Source: a virus
Strand: one strand, 5' to 3'
Virus record (IMG/VR): IMGVR_UViG_3300045988_095718
Span: 1 to 40,021 of that record
DNA length: 40,021 nucleotides
Shown here: positions 34,185 through 40,021 of the stretch, piece after piece
Layout of the letters: every line of letters starts with the position of its first letter
How positions within the stretch are numbered: position 1 is the stretch's first letter
Translations under genes and position numbers: made by a program
The notes under the pieces: model-generated
The model's input: the letters and a program-made list of their open reading frames with translations, nothing else
What the model was told of the DNA's origin: nothing
Databases searched by the model: none

Positions 34185-35084
34185 ATGACATGGTCCAATG
34201 TCGGAAATTTGAAAGGACCCAAAGGCGACGTGGGCGAGACCTCCGACGGTATTCCGCAGGGAGCGATCGTCTTAGCCTACAATGCCAGTCCAACGTATAA
34301 GTTACTGCAGGCAAGCGACGAATGGATCGAATCTGGGAATTTCACCATCGGAATAAACCGGCCAGCCTATGATAGCAGCGGCAATCCGACGCTGAATGAT
34401 ACCGGTTCAGGACAACGTCGGCTCGTCCTGTTCGCCAAGGCATATCCCGCATATACCGAAACAGTAGATGTCTTCATCGGCGATTCAACCACGGCGATTT
34501 GTGATACAGCACCGGTGGATAAAAACTGGACGACTCTGATCGCAAACGCTGACGGGATCAGCCCCGTCAATGTCGCGGTCTCCGGCGCTGGGTTCCTGAA
34601 CGATGCGGGCATAAAGCAGGCATACCCCGATCAGGTCACGACCGCAATCCGCAAGACGCAGGGAAAGACCGTCCGTCGAGTTTTCCTCGTCGGACTGTGG
34701 AATGATGAATACAGCATCAAATCAGATATGGATGCCGTGATAAATGCCATGACGAAGACCGCAGACATGATTAAATCCGCGTGGCCCGGAGCGCAGCTGA
34801 TCTACATCGTCGAGGTTGCGCCGCAGACCGAATATTCTAAGGGTATAGTTAAAGCATTCAGCAGCGTCTTTGATAAGGTGTACCAACTGTTCGAGAGCAA
34901 GGGCTTCAATGTCACGCGCGACTGGTTCGACTGGCTGCCGGATGGCAAGGCGAATGGATATATGCACGATAACATCCATCCTAATGCCAAAGGCATGAAT
35001 GTCGCCGCACACAAAATCCGTGAATGGGTCAACACGCTTTCGGGACTGAGGATTGACGGCGAGATTCCGGCATGGAGCGAATGA
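34185..35084 (+). CDS. Fibre-anchored SGNH/GDSL-type esterase
   Basis: N-terminus NLKGPKGDVGE resembles the preceding fibre gene. SGNH blocks FIGDST, GLWND and HDNIHPN. Confidence 0.75.
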   Translation: MTWSNVGNLKGPKGDVGETSDGIPQGAIVLAYNASPTYKLLQASDEWIESGNFTIGINRPAYDSSGNPTLNDTGSGQRRLVLFAKAYPAYTETVDVFIGDSTTAICDTAPVDKNWTTLIANADGISPVNVAVSGAGFLNDAGIKQAYPDQVTTAIRKTQGKTVRRVFLVGLWNDEYSIKSDMDAVINAMTKTADMIKSAWPGAQLIYIVEVAPQTEYSKGIVKAFSSVFDKVYQLFESKGFNVTRDWFDWLPDGKANGYMHDNIHPNAKGMNVAAHKIREWVNTLSGLRIDGEIPAWSE

Positions 35085-35150
35085 TTTTCATGGCATGCCG
35101 GATTGTCACTCGCGTTCGCCGCCTCTGACCCCACGTATTAACCAATATCA

Positions 35151-35176
35151 AAGCCCCGCCATGCGCGGGGCTTTTC
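35151..35176 (+). terminator. Intrinsic terminator after the tail module
   Basis: AAGCCCCGC-CATGC-GCGGGGCTT followed by TTCC. Confidence 0.7.
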
Positions 35177-35193
35177 CATAAAGGAGATGTAAT

Positions 35194-35583
35194 GTGCTGC
35201 AAAATTTTCTAGCCGGTTTCGGGGGTGTGGGTGGCGCGTGTGCCCTCATCACGCTCGGCCTTAAAGTCTGGCCGGGGGCGCTCGAATCATTGGCTACTGG
35301 GCTTTATGCCCACGTCAATCCCGAGCGCTTGCCGTATAACAGCGTGCTTTCCCAGCATTTCGCCAAAACTCGCCAATTAGGCGAACGCACGGAACGCTTT
35401 GACGGGCGGCTGGACGAATTGTGCAGGGACACGATAAAAAACACGTTGATTTCCCTGATTTACGGCGACCAGTCACACGACCACAGTGAGGCCGTCCGCT
35501 ACGAGCTGGCGAAGCTTGAGAAATTGGACGCGCAATGCTGGATCATCTCAGCCGCCGAAAAATACTTGGAGGAACGGCAATGA
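35194..35583 (+). CDS. Membrane-anchored protein, 129 aa (lysis-cassette associated)
   Basis: GTG start lies 7 nt after AAGGAG. N-terminal TM segment FLAGFGGVGGACALITLGL. Confidence 0.6.
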   Translation: MLQNFLAGFGGVGGACALITLGLKVWPGALESLATGLYAHVNPERLPYNSVLSQHFAKTRQLGERTERFDGRLDELCRDTIKNTLISLIYGDQSHDHSEAVRYELAKLEKLDAQCWIISAAEKYLEERQ

Positions 35584-35666
35584 CACACCTCGCCATCGCC
35601 GGAGGAGCCTACCTGCTGCTCCTCGCGCTCATCATCATGTTCAACCATGGCGCGCACATGCGCTGA
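35580..35666 (+). CDS. 28-aa hydrophobic peptide (below the ORF-track cutoff)
   Basis: ATGA overlap. Sequence MTHLAIAGGAYLLLLALIIMFNHGAHMR. Confidence 0.4.
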   Translation: MTHLAIAGGAYLLLLALIIMFNHGAHMR

Positions 35667-35685
35667 AACCGATTTTCACAACCGC

Positions 35686-35718
35686 AAGGCCATCTCTTCG
35701 GAGGTGGCCTTTTCTATT
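35686..35718 (+). terminator. Intrinsic terminator
   Basis: AAGGCCATCTC-TTCG-GAGGTGGCCTT followed by TTCTATT. Confidence 0.7.
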
Positions 35719-35747
35719 GCCCCGTGAGGGGCGGGAAGGAGGCCGTC

Positions 35748-35867
35748 ATGGACGAAGTGACCATGACGCCGGAAATGACACCGCAGGGTGATTCGATGCC
35801 GCCCGAAACCATTCAGGTCGTGTCCGAGGAGGACGCGGCCAAGGCTGTCGAGGGATTGGAGGCCTGA
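35748..35867 (+). CDS. Acidic 39-aa protein
   Basis: AAGGAGG RBS, located directly upstream of the lysin gene. Confidence 0.45.
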   Translation: MDEVTMTPEMTPQGDSMPPETIQVVSEEDAAKAVEGLEA

Positions 35868-35868
35868 T

Positions 35869-36663
35869 ATGGCAAGCGTAAGCGCTTTGATTAACCGTAT
35901 GCGCTACTGGTGCGCCGTCGCTAACATGGGCTATTCGCAGGCGGACCGCTGGAACTTCAACGCGTCTGCTGGCAACTGCGACTGCTCCAGTCTGGTAATC
36001 CACTGCCTGCGCGAGGCGGGCTTCAACACCGGCTCGGCCACCTACACCGGCAACCTCTCCGGTGAGCTGACCAAGCGCGGCTGGGCCCGTCTGCCCGCGA
36101 ACGGCAACCCGCAGCCGGGCGACATCCTGCTTAACGACGTGCACCACGTGGCCTTGTATTTGGGCGGCGGCAAGCTCGCGCAGGCGTCCATCAGCGAGCG
36201 TGGCACAGCCTACGGCGCGGCTGGAGACCAGACAGGCCGCGAAACCAACATCCGCGCCTACTACAACTATCCGTGGAGCTGCTACCTCCGCTACGGCGGC
36301 GGAAACACCTCTTCGGCATCCACTGGCGCATTGGCCGTGGATGGCAATGTCGGCCCGGCCACTGTGCGCCGTTGGCAGCAGGTGATGGGCACTGCGGTGG
36401 ATGGCATCATCAGCGGCCAGCAGGTGCCTGACGGCAGGACCTACGCGCGTCCCGCAATCGACAGCTCGGTGGTCCGCTACGGTGCTGGCGGCAGTGACTT
36501 GATCCGCGCCGTGCAGCGTCGCCTGGGCTGTGGTGTTGATGGTCTGCTCGGACCGGCCACCATTCGCGCCATCCAAGCGCATTACGGGTTGGCTCAGGAC
36601 GCGAGCTTCGGCCCAGCGACCGCACGCGCCTTGCAGACCGCGCTCAACCAGGGACGATTCTAA
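35869..36663 (+). CDS. Endolysin: NlpC/P60- or CHAP-like cysteine peptidase plus peptidoglycan-binding repeats
   Basis: Catalytic-type NCDCSSLV and GDILLNDVHHVALYLG. Three VDG..GPAT..A.Q repeats of PG_binding_1 type. Confidence 0.8.
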   Translation: MASVSALINRMRYWCAVANMGYSQADRWNFNASAGNCDCSSLVIHCLREAGFNTGSATYTGNLSGELTKRGWARLPANGNPQPGDILLNDVHHVALYLGGGKLAQASISERGTAYGAAGDQTGRETNIRAYYNYPWSCYLRYGGGNTSSASTGALAVDGNVGPATVRRWQQVMGTAVDGIISGQQVPDGRTYARPAIDSSVVRYGAGGSDLIRAVQRRLGCGVDGLLGPATIRAIQAHYGLAQDASFGPATARALQTALNQGRF

Positions 36664-36675
36664 GGAGGAGGACAG

Positions 36676-36954
36676 ATGGCAGAACATGCAGCGCCAACGA
36701 CTTTAGAGACCACGGTCAATAATCTGACCAACGAGTGTGAGGATGGTCAGGACAACCAGCCGCCGGACGCGTATACGCCGGTCTTCAGCAAGCAGGTTAG
36801 GACCGTGGTCTACGTGCTTGGCTTGGTCGCCTCTTGCGTCGGCCTCGGCTTCATGACCTTTGGTGATGCGGCTGTCGGCGGCTACATTTCGACCGTGGCC
36901 GGCTTCATCGCCAGCGGTCTCGGCGTCGCCTACAATCCGCTGCGCCGTGATTAA
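36676..36954 (+). CDS. Holin-like protein with two TM helices
   Basis: AAGGAGGAGG RBS. TM segments VVYVLGLVASCVGLGFMTF and GYISTVAGFIASGLGVAY. Located directly after the lysin gene. Confidence 0.7.
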   Translation: MAEHAAPTTLETTVNNLTNECEDGQDNQPPDAYTPVFSKQVRTVVYVLGLVASCVGLGFMTFGDAAVGGYISTVAGFIASGLGVAYNPLRRD

Positions 36955-37062
36955 TTTTCTGGCGTGAAACTCAAACTCGCGCCGGAGACTCAACCTCGGG
37001 TGTGGAAAAATTTGCGGAATTATAGTGTCCGTGGAATTTTTTACACCCGTTTTTTAACATTT

Positions 37063-37100
37063 GCCCCTCTCTCAGCATTGCTGGGGGAGGGGCTTTTCTT
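37063..37100 (+). terminator. Very strong intrinsic terminator ending the late/lysis transcript
   Basis: 14-bp stem GCCCCTCTCTCAGC / GCTGGGGGAGGGGC, loop ATTG, then TTTTCTT. Confidence 0.85.
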
Positions 37101-37454
37101 GTTATTCGGCGTGTTTGCGTGGTCGTCCGCCGCCGTCGCGGCGGCCCGGTGGTTTTGTGCGAATACCGTCTGGATCACGCTCACGGCGAGACGAATGTCC
37201 GCCGTCATGGGGTATCGTTGCAATTGAACTTGAGACCCGGACCTGCTTTGCTGGTGGGCAGGGTTTCGGGTTCGAAGCGTGTGGCTGGCTGCCGCAGGCA
37301 TCCGATGGCGAGTCGATGCGCCATCAGCGAGAGCTGGATGTCTCGCCCAACGGCTGGGCCAGACGGTTGAGACCAACCGGAGCCGTGACCCTTCCCGCGC
37401 AAACGGGACGCTAGTCATGCAGAAGACTGTAAAAAGATCAGCCACACGGCTTCG
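37101..37454 (+). ncRNA. Candidate structured non-coding segment bracketed by two terminators
   Basis: No ORF with an RBS or plausible composition. Hairpins at 37235-37271, 37304-37325, 37328-37346, 37364-37379 and 37393-37408. Ends at the terminator at 37455. Confidence 0.3.
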
Positions 37455-37489
37455 GAGGGGCGCTTGGTCGGTGCCCCTCTTTTAATTTT
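37455..37489 (+). terminator. Intrinsic terminator directly upstream of the orphan gene
   Basis: GAGGGGCGC-TTGGTCG-GTGCCCCTC followed by TTTTAATTTT. Confidence 0.8.
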
Positions 37490-37506
37490 CTGGGAGGATT
37501 CCGGGC

Positions 37507-38061
37507 GTGAACGTGACCGAGGCGAAGCGGCGGATGCTTGGCGAGGCCCGAAAGGCAGCCCGACTATACGCCAATCTCGTCGGAACGATCACGAGAATCG
37601 CGTGCGACGACGGGATGACGCTGGACATCCAATGGAAGGCCTCGAACTTCGCCCACCTATGCGGCCTGGAATACTACGCCGACGACAACCGCACCCGCAG
37701 ACTTCCCGCCCGACGCCTGTACACCGACCTCCTGTCCGGCCATGGGATCTCGGTGAAAAGGGTCGCGCCCACCGGAGACGCGCGATGGCTCGCGAGGAAG
37801 ACCGACGTGATAGCCAGCGCATTCGCACTGAACGACGCATCCATGGTGGTCGAATCAGGCAACAGCCGGATACGCCTCTACATGGGAAACACAGTCTGGT
37901 GCATCGGCCTCGGAAGAAGCGGAGAGGGCGGCCCCTACTATCCGCAATCCCTACGCAAGGGGAACGCGGCCAAGGAAAAAATGCCAGGAACCCAGATCCA
38001 CCATGTAGTCTCGATCAAATACCTGAACACGGCACAGTGCCACCCATCGATCCAAGACTGA
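37507..38061 (+). CDS. Orphan moron protein, 184 aa; possibly a toxin/RNase-like fold (unverified)
   Basis: GTG start lies 8 nt after GGGAGGA. Located between the lysis cassette and the integrase. The resemblance to phage BECR-type nuclease domains is from memory only. Confidence 0.65.
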   Translation: MNVTEAKRRMLGEARKAARLYANLVGTITRIACDDGMTLDIQWKASNFAHLCGLEYYADDNRTRRLPARRLYTDLLSGHGISVKRVAPTGDARWLARKTDVIASAFALNDASMVVESGNSRIRLYMGNTVWCIGLGRSGEGGPYYPQSLRKGNAAKEKMPGTQIHHVVSIKYLNTAQCHPSIQD

Positions 38062-38086
38062 CAACATCCAACCTCCAACAACAAAA

Positions 38087-38120
38087 CCGCCCCGGCGCTC
38101 GCGGATGAGCGCCGGGGCGG
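38087..38120 (-). terminator. Terminator of the minus-strand small-gene operon
   Basis: 14-bp perfect stem CCGCCCCGGCGCTC / GAGCGCCGGGGCGG. The T-run is on the minus strand (AACAACAAAA on the plus strand). Confidence 0.8.
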
Positions 38121-38123
38121 ACG

Positions 38124-38330
38124 TCACTCCGCCGGATGCTTGCGCGGCCTGCCACCGCCGACTCCGCGTCCGGGGCGTTGCGCGTTCCACCGGTCGATGG
38201 TCTCTGGCAGCCAGCCGCGCGTGCGGCCTATTAGGGCGTCCGGTTGGGGGAGCTTGTAGGCGCTGACGGCGGCTGTGCTGATGCCGAGGCGCTTGGACAC
38301 GTCGGTGACGCTCAGGTATTCGATGGTCAT
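38124..38330 (-). CDS. Excisionase-family HTH DNA-binding protein
   Basis: LSVTDVSKRLGISTAAVSAY..GWLPETIDRW is a typical Xis/MerR-type HTH. Close to the integrase gene. Confidence 0.75.
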   Translation of the reverse strand: MTIEYLSVTDVSKRLGISTAAVSAYKLPQPDALIGRTRGWLPETIDRWNAQRPGRGVGGGRPRKHPAE

Positions 38331-38331
38331 G

Positions 38332-38472
38332 TCAGTCCTTCCTTCCGGCGATGAGCGCGAATACGGCGCTGACGACGGCGCATCCGGCGGTGAGCGCGAA
38401 CGGCCAGCCGAACCATGCGCTAGCGGCGGTTCCGAGCGCGAACACCGCGCTGACTATCGATTCCGTTCTCAT
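38332..38472 (-). CDS. 46-aa two-TM hydrophobic peptide (below the ORF-track cutoff)
   Basis: Sequence MRTESIVSAVFALGTAASAWFGWPFALTAGCAVVSAVFALIAGRKD. Its stop is 1 nt from the ATG of the HTH gene. Confidence 0.5.
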   Translation of the reverse strand: MRTESIVSAVFALGTAASAWFGWPFALTAGCAVVSAVFALIAGRKD

Positions 38473-38500
38473 GATGTCCCATGGCATAATCGGAGATATG

Positions 38501-38545
38501 GGGTTCCGGCCCCCAGGTCTGGCCGGAACCCTTTCTCACTTTTTC
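38501..38545 (+). terminator. Plus-strand-oriented intrinsic terminator with no plus-strand gene to terminate
   Basis: 11-bp stem GGGTTCCGGCC / GGCCGGAACCC followed by TTTCTCACTTTTT. Overlaps the stop codon of the 39-aa minus-strand ORF. Confidence 0.55.
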
Positions 38546-38655
38546 CTCTTCGGCTTCCGCCTCATCTCCTTGATGAGTCCGGTCACGGCTTTGATGAGGG
38601 CCGCGAGGCTCGCGACGAGGAGCGAGATGCTGGTGATTATCTCCGATGGTGTCAT
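38536..38655 (-). CDS. 39-aa peptide with one TM helix and a Lys/Arg tail (type I toxin-like)
   Basis: Strong AAGGAGG RBS. Sequence MTPSEIITSISLLVASLAALIKAVTGLIKEMRRKPKRKK. Confidence 0.55.
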   Translation of the reverse strand: MTPSEIITSISLLVASLAALIKAVTGLIKEMRRKPKRKK

Positions 38656-38782
38656 GTTCACCTCCTTTCCTTGATATAAACTATATTAGCGCAGTAAATA
38701 AAGTAATGCAAGCCGAAACACGAAAAACATAAGAAAAACAGCGGATTGATAGACTTGATGCCACGCAAACGAAGGGGCAAGC

Positions 38783-39952
38783 ATGGCCTACACGATCCGC
38801 CAATACCAGACGAAAAGCGGAAAAAGATACGAAGTCAGATACCGTAAGCCGGACGGCACGGACACCGGCAAACGCGGCTTCAAACGCAAAATGGACGCCG
38901 ATGCCTGGGGCGCAGCGAACGTGACCACAGCTAAAAGCGTCGGAGCGTACATCGACCCACAAGCCGGAAGACGCTTGGTCGAAGACTTCTGGGAGCCATG
39001 GCTGGCCGCAAAAAAGACCAAGGCCAAACCAAGCTACATCAAGTCGCTGGAAGACGCTTGGCGAGTGCATGTGGAGCCGCAGTGGGGCATGAGGGAGATG
39101 CAGTCAATCACGCGCGACGAAGTGCAGCGGTGGGTCACCGATCTGGCAGGACGACGCAGTGCGTCGGTGACGATTCGCGCCGAGAATCTGCTTCGCAGCC
39201 TCATGGAGAGAGCAAAGGCCGATCGGTGCATCCACGACAATCCATGCGACGGCATCGAGCTGCCGCGCAAGCAGGTGCGGAAGCATGTCTATCTGTCGGC
39301 CGATGAATTGTCTCGTGTGGCGATGCAGTGCGGGTGGCGTGAGCCGATTGTGCTGACCTTGGGCTTGTGCGGCATGAGGTGGGGTGAGCTCGTGGCGCTC
39401 CGTGTCGAGGATGTCGATCTGCAACGCTGTCGACTGCATATATATAAGAGCATCACGCGTCTTTCCAGCAGGATGGTGGAGACCGACCCGAAGACCCATG
39501 ATGGACGTTCGGTGATGTTCCCCCTGGTGTTGCGTCCGCTGCTCGCCAGGCAATGCGAGGGGCGCGAGCCGTCCGATTTCCTTTTCACCGCCCCCGGCGA
39601 GCCTTTGGACGAGCCGATGGGCAACGGCTGGAATCCGACGCGAAGCGATGGGTGGTTCGCGGTGGCTCTTCGTCGCGCGGGCGTGGACCGTGGCCACATG
39701 ACGATTCACGATCTACGCCATACGGCCGCTAGTCTCATGGTGCAGTCGGGCGCGAACGTCAAGACAGTGCAAAGGCAGTTGGGGCACAAGTCGGCCGCCA
39801 TGACATTGGATGTTTACGCCGATCTCTTCGATGATGATCTGGACGAGTTGTCGGAGAGGATGGGTGGTTTGCTTTTTTCGCGGAATGTGGGCAAAATGTG
39901 GGCAAACGTGACGCAAGGTGTCGATGAAACCGTTGAAACGGTTGGTGTCTGA
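38783..39952 (+). CDS. int: Tyrosine integrase
   Basis: C-terminal catalytic region HDLRHTAASLMVQSGANVKTVQRQLGHKSAAMTLDVYADLF. N-terminal SAM-like arm-binding region. Confidence 0.92.
   Translation: MAYTIRQYQTKSGKRYEVRYRKPDGTDTGKRGFKRKMDADAWGAANVTTAKSVGAYIDPQAGRRLVEDFWEPWLAAKKTKAKPSYIKSLEDAWRVHVEPQWGMREMQSITRDEVQRWVTDLAGRRSASVTIRAENLLRSLMERAKADRCIHDNPCDGIELPRKQVRKHVYLSADELSRVAMQCGWREPIVLTLGLCGMRWGELVALRVEDVDLQRCRLHIYKSITRLSSRMVETDPKTHDGRSVMFPLVLRPLLARQCEGREPSDFLFTAPGEPLDEPMGNGWNPTRSDGWFAVALRRAGVDRGHMTIHDLRHTAASLMVQSGANVKTVQRQLGHKSAAMTLDVYADLFDDDLDELSERMGGLLFSRNVGKMWANVTQGVDETVETVGV
39887..39904 (+). repeat. Second copy of GTGGGCAAAATGTGGGCA, inside the 3' end of the integrase gene
   Basis: Exact match to 112-129. 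Confidence 0.7.
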
Positions 39953-39989
39953 GGCTTTTCGCCGGTGGGTTCGAGTCCCGCTGGAGGCA
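39953..39989 (+). tRNA. tRNA 3' fragment only (variable region, T arm, acceptor 3' strand, discriminator); att-associated
   Basis: GTGGG-TTCGAGT-CCCGC T arm, then TGGAGGC and A. No matching 5' acceptor strand (GCCTCCA) lies upstream. Confidence 0.65.
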
Positions 39990-40021
39990 CTTTTGGAAAC
40001 CGCCAGAGATGGCGGTTTTCC
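39986..40021 (+). repeat. Right copy of 36-bp perfect terminal direct repeat
   Basis: Identical to 1-36. Its first 4 nt are the last acceptor bases plus discriminator of the adjacent tRNA 3' fragment. Confidence 0.9.

Larger units (their letters stand above)
1..40021. mobile_element. Complete temperate siphovirus-type prophage / circularised phage genome
   Basis: Canonical modular order read from ORF translations (immunity, replication, packaging, HK97-type head, long tail, lysis, integrase). Identical 36-bp sequence at both window ends. Confidence 0.85.

Noticed and set aside
37101-37454. Classical type III TA antitoxin (tandem RNA repeats) upstream of the orphan gene.
   Set aside because: No tandem direct repeats were found in the segment. 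Only the RNA-terminator-protein layout matches, so it is reported as an analogy and not as a ToxIN-like call.
36964-37485. ORFs 36964-37227, 37061-37414, 37119-37370 and 37279-37485 (plus), and 37041-37445 and 37205-37402 (minus). These include a possible 55-aa minus-strand ORF starting at 37208.
   Set aside because: All of them read through one of the two terminator hairpins or lack any SD sequence, and their compositions are Arg/Pro/His-rich. The 55-aa ORF has moderate GC3 but no RBS. This is kept as a caveat to the ncRNA hypothesis, not as a gene.
1-40021. Search for a reverse transcriptase/DGR, an invertase shufflon, cas genes, or known multi-gene defence systems.
   Set aside because: No RT (YxDD), serine invertase, Cas or large ATPase/nuclease defence signature was seen in any frame. 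The fibre genes have no template-repeat/variable-repeat pair.

Overview
The window is one complete temperate siphovirus-type prophage or circularised phage genome of about 40 kb. It is high-GC and actinobacterial in style, possibly Bifidobacterium-like, but that host guess is inference only. It starts and ends with the same 36-bp sequence. The right copy overlaps the end of a tRNA 3' fragment just downstream of a tyrosine integrase. Left to right, the modules are: an att-proximal accessory cluster with a membrane-anchored DnaQ-like exonuclease; an immunity switch (XRE repressor, ImmA-type protease and a 96-aa extra gene, divergent from a Cro-like gene, with CGTAATTACG operators); early genes (Xis-like HTH, RusA, Cas4/RecB-like exonuclease, an iteron plus AT-rich ori-like region, and a primase-helicase with inverted domain order); a late control region; HNH endonuclease; a ParB-methyltransferase split by a homopolymer frameshift; TerS and TerL; portal, protease and HK97-type capsid; connectors, major tail, G/GT chaperone with a GGGAAAA -1 slip site, tape measure, Dit, Tal and collagen-like fibres including an SGNH esterase fibre; a lysis cassette; a moron locus; and the integrase. 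The strongest candidates for something undescribed are these four. (1) A 155-nt tRNA-shaped gene at 13663-13817 has a perfect acceptor stem, D arm, T arm and encoded CCA, but 101 nt with no recognisable anticodon arm where about 22 nt are expected, and it sits behind a promoter-terminator pair at the head of the late operon. (2) The lysis-integrase moron locus has a roughly 350-nt ORF-poor, hairpin-rich segment between two terminators upstream of an orphan 184-aa gene, plus two tiny hydrophobic-peptide genes with an opposing terminator. (3) A two-helix membrane-tethered DEDDh exonuclease lies beside the immunity module. (4) A T7G6 tract splits the ParB-N6 methyltransferase so that a 1-nt change or a +1 slip restores the fusion. 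All family names come from motifs read by eye; no database search was run.
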